Shown one piece after another: positions 25,926-26,487 of a stretch of DNA of 26,487 nucleotides (within the stretch, counting starts at the first letter, position 1; every line of letters begins with the position of its first letter). Source of the DNA: an uncultured bacterium (GTDB lineage: Bacteria > Abyssobacteria > SURF-5). The stretch lies in assembly GCA_964607485.1 (NCBI GenBank), contig CAZSKP010000053.1, positions 1 through 26,487 of the forward strand, given 5' to 3'. A model generated the notes under the pieces. It was not told the origin of the DNA. It ran no database searches and saw only the letters and a list, made by a program, of their open reading frames with translations. The position numbers and the translations under genes were made by a program.

Positions 25926-26487
25926 ACTTCGGCTCAATGTGCGCGACAGAGACTCGACGCTCGACCTGCTTCAAGAAATTCTCGACATGTCCCCCGCCTC
26001 ACAGACCGAGGTGATGCTCGAGGCCGAACGGCGGTCGCTCACGCGGTTCGCGCGCGGCCAGATACATCAGAACGTGAGCGAATCGGACTGCCAGCTCTCG
26101 ATTCGCTCAATCGAAAACGGTTGCGTCGGTCATGCTTCCACCAACCGTTTCGACACCGAGTCGCTGCGACAGGCGCTTGAATGGTCGCGAAACGTCGCTG
26201 GCAGCGGCAAGATTCCGGCGGAACCTTCCGAATTGGCCGGCCCGCAGGAATACGCTCCCATCAACAATTATTTTCAAGCAACCGCCGACATGTCTCCCGG
26301 CGCGCGTGCCGAGATGGCCGCCCGTCTGATAGAGGAATGCTCCACAAGGGATGCGGAGGCGGCGGGAGCGGTCTCGAATTCGGACTCCGTACTGGCGATT
26401 GCCAACTCCAACGGCCTCCGCGCATACCACGCCGGCACCGACGCGAACTTCACGGCCACCGTGTCCGCGAACGACTCGACGGGATGT
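25915..26487 (+). CDS. pmbA: TldE/PmbA family protein, N-terminal part (runs off the window; not in the ORF track)
   Basis: Manual translation: MVDELRLNVRDRDSTLDLLQEILDMSPASQTEVMLEAERRSLTRFARGQIHQNVSE...GHASTN...AIANSNG. GGAG RBS; overlaps the tldD end; no stop before the window end. Confidence 0.85.
   Translation, partial: MVDELRLNVRDRDSTLDLLQEILDMSPASQTEVMLEAERRSLTRFARGQIHQNVSESDCQLSIRSIENGCVGHASTNRFDTESLRQALEWSRNVAGSGKIPAEPSELAGPQEYAPINNYFQATADMSPGARAEMAARLIEECSTRDAEAAGAVSNSDSVLAIANSNGLRAYHAGTDANFTATVSANDSTGC

Noticed and set aside
24465-26487. TldD/E as part of a RiPP biosynthetic cluster
   Set aside because: No precursor peptide, YcaO or radical SAM gene in the window, and tldDE is widespread housekeeping.

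Overview
High-GC bacterial window with no rRNA, tRNA, CRISPR array or mobile element visible. It has four blocks. (1) Left end: the 3' end of an NAD(P)-dependent epimerase/SDR-like gene, converging on a more AT-rich, membrane-anchored sulfatase-fold gene whose nucleophile position is Thr. (2) A tightly packed minus-strand operon of about 11.4 kb (13981 to 2588) behind a sigma70-type promoter. It encodes two CydA-like (cytochrome bd-fold) membrane proteins each fused to a class I cytochrome c (the second is split by a 1-nt frameshift), then an Alternative Complex III-like set (actA, B, C, D, F, no actE), then rubredoxin (missed by the ORF track), a small CxxC metal-binding protein, an aspartase/fumarase-II family enzyme and a ferritin-like diiron protein. 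(3) A divergent MlaF / WP-repeat lipoprotein / MlaE / long MCE protein ABC cluster followed by a QueG/RdhA-like Fe-S protein. (4) An operon behind a consensus promoter: polyprenol-P-mannose synthase-like GT2, DAG-kinase family lipid kinase, M28 peptidase, prs, Zn-ADH, tldD and partial tldE/pmbA. The best novelty candidates are the ACIII plus cytochrome c-fused bd-like module and the MCE system with the WP-repeat lipoprotein. All calls come from motif recognition; no database searches were run.
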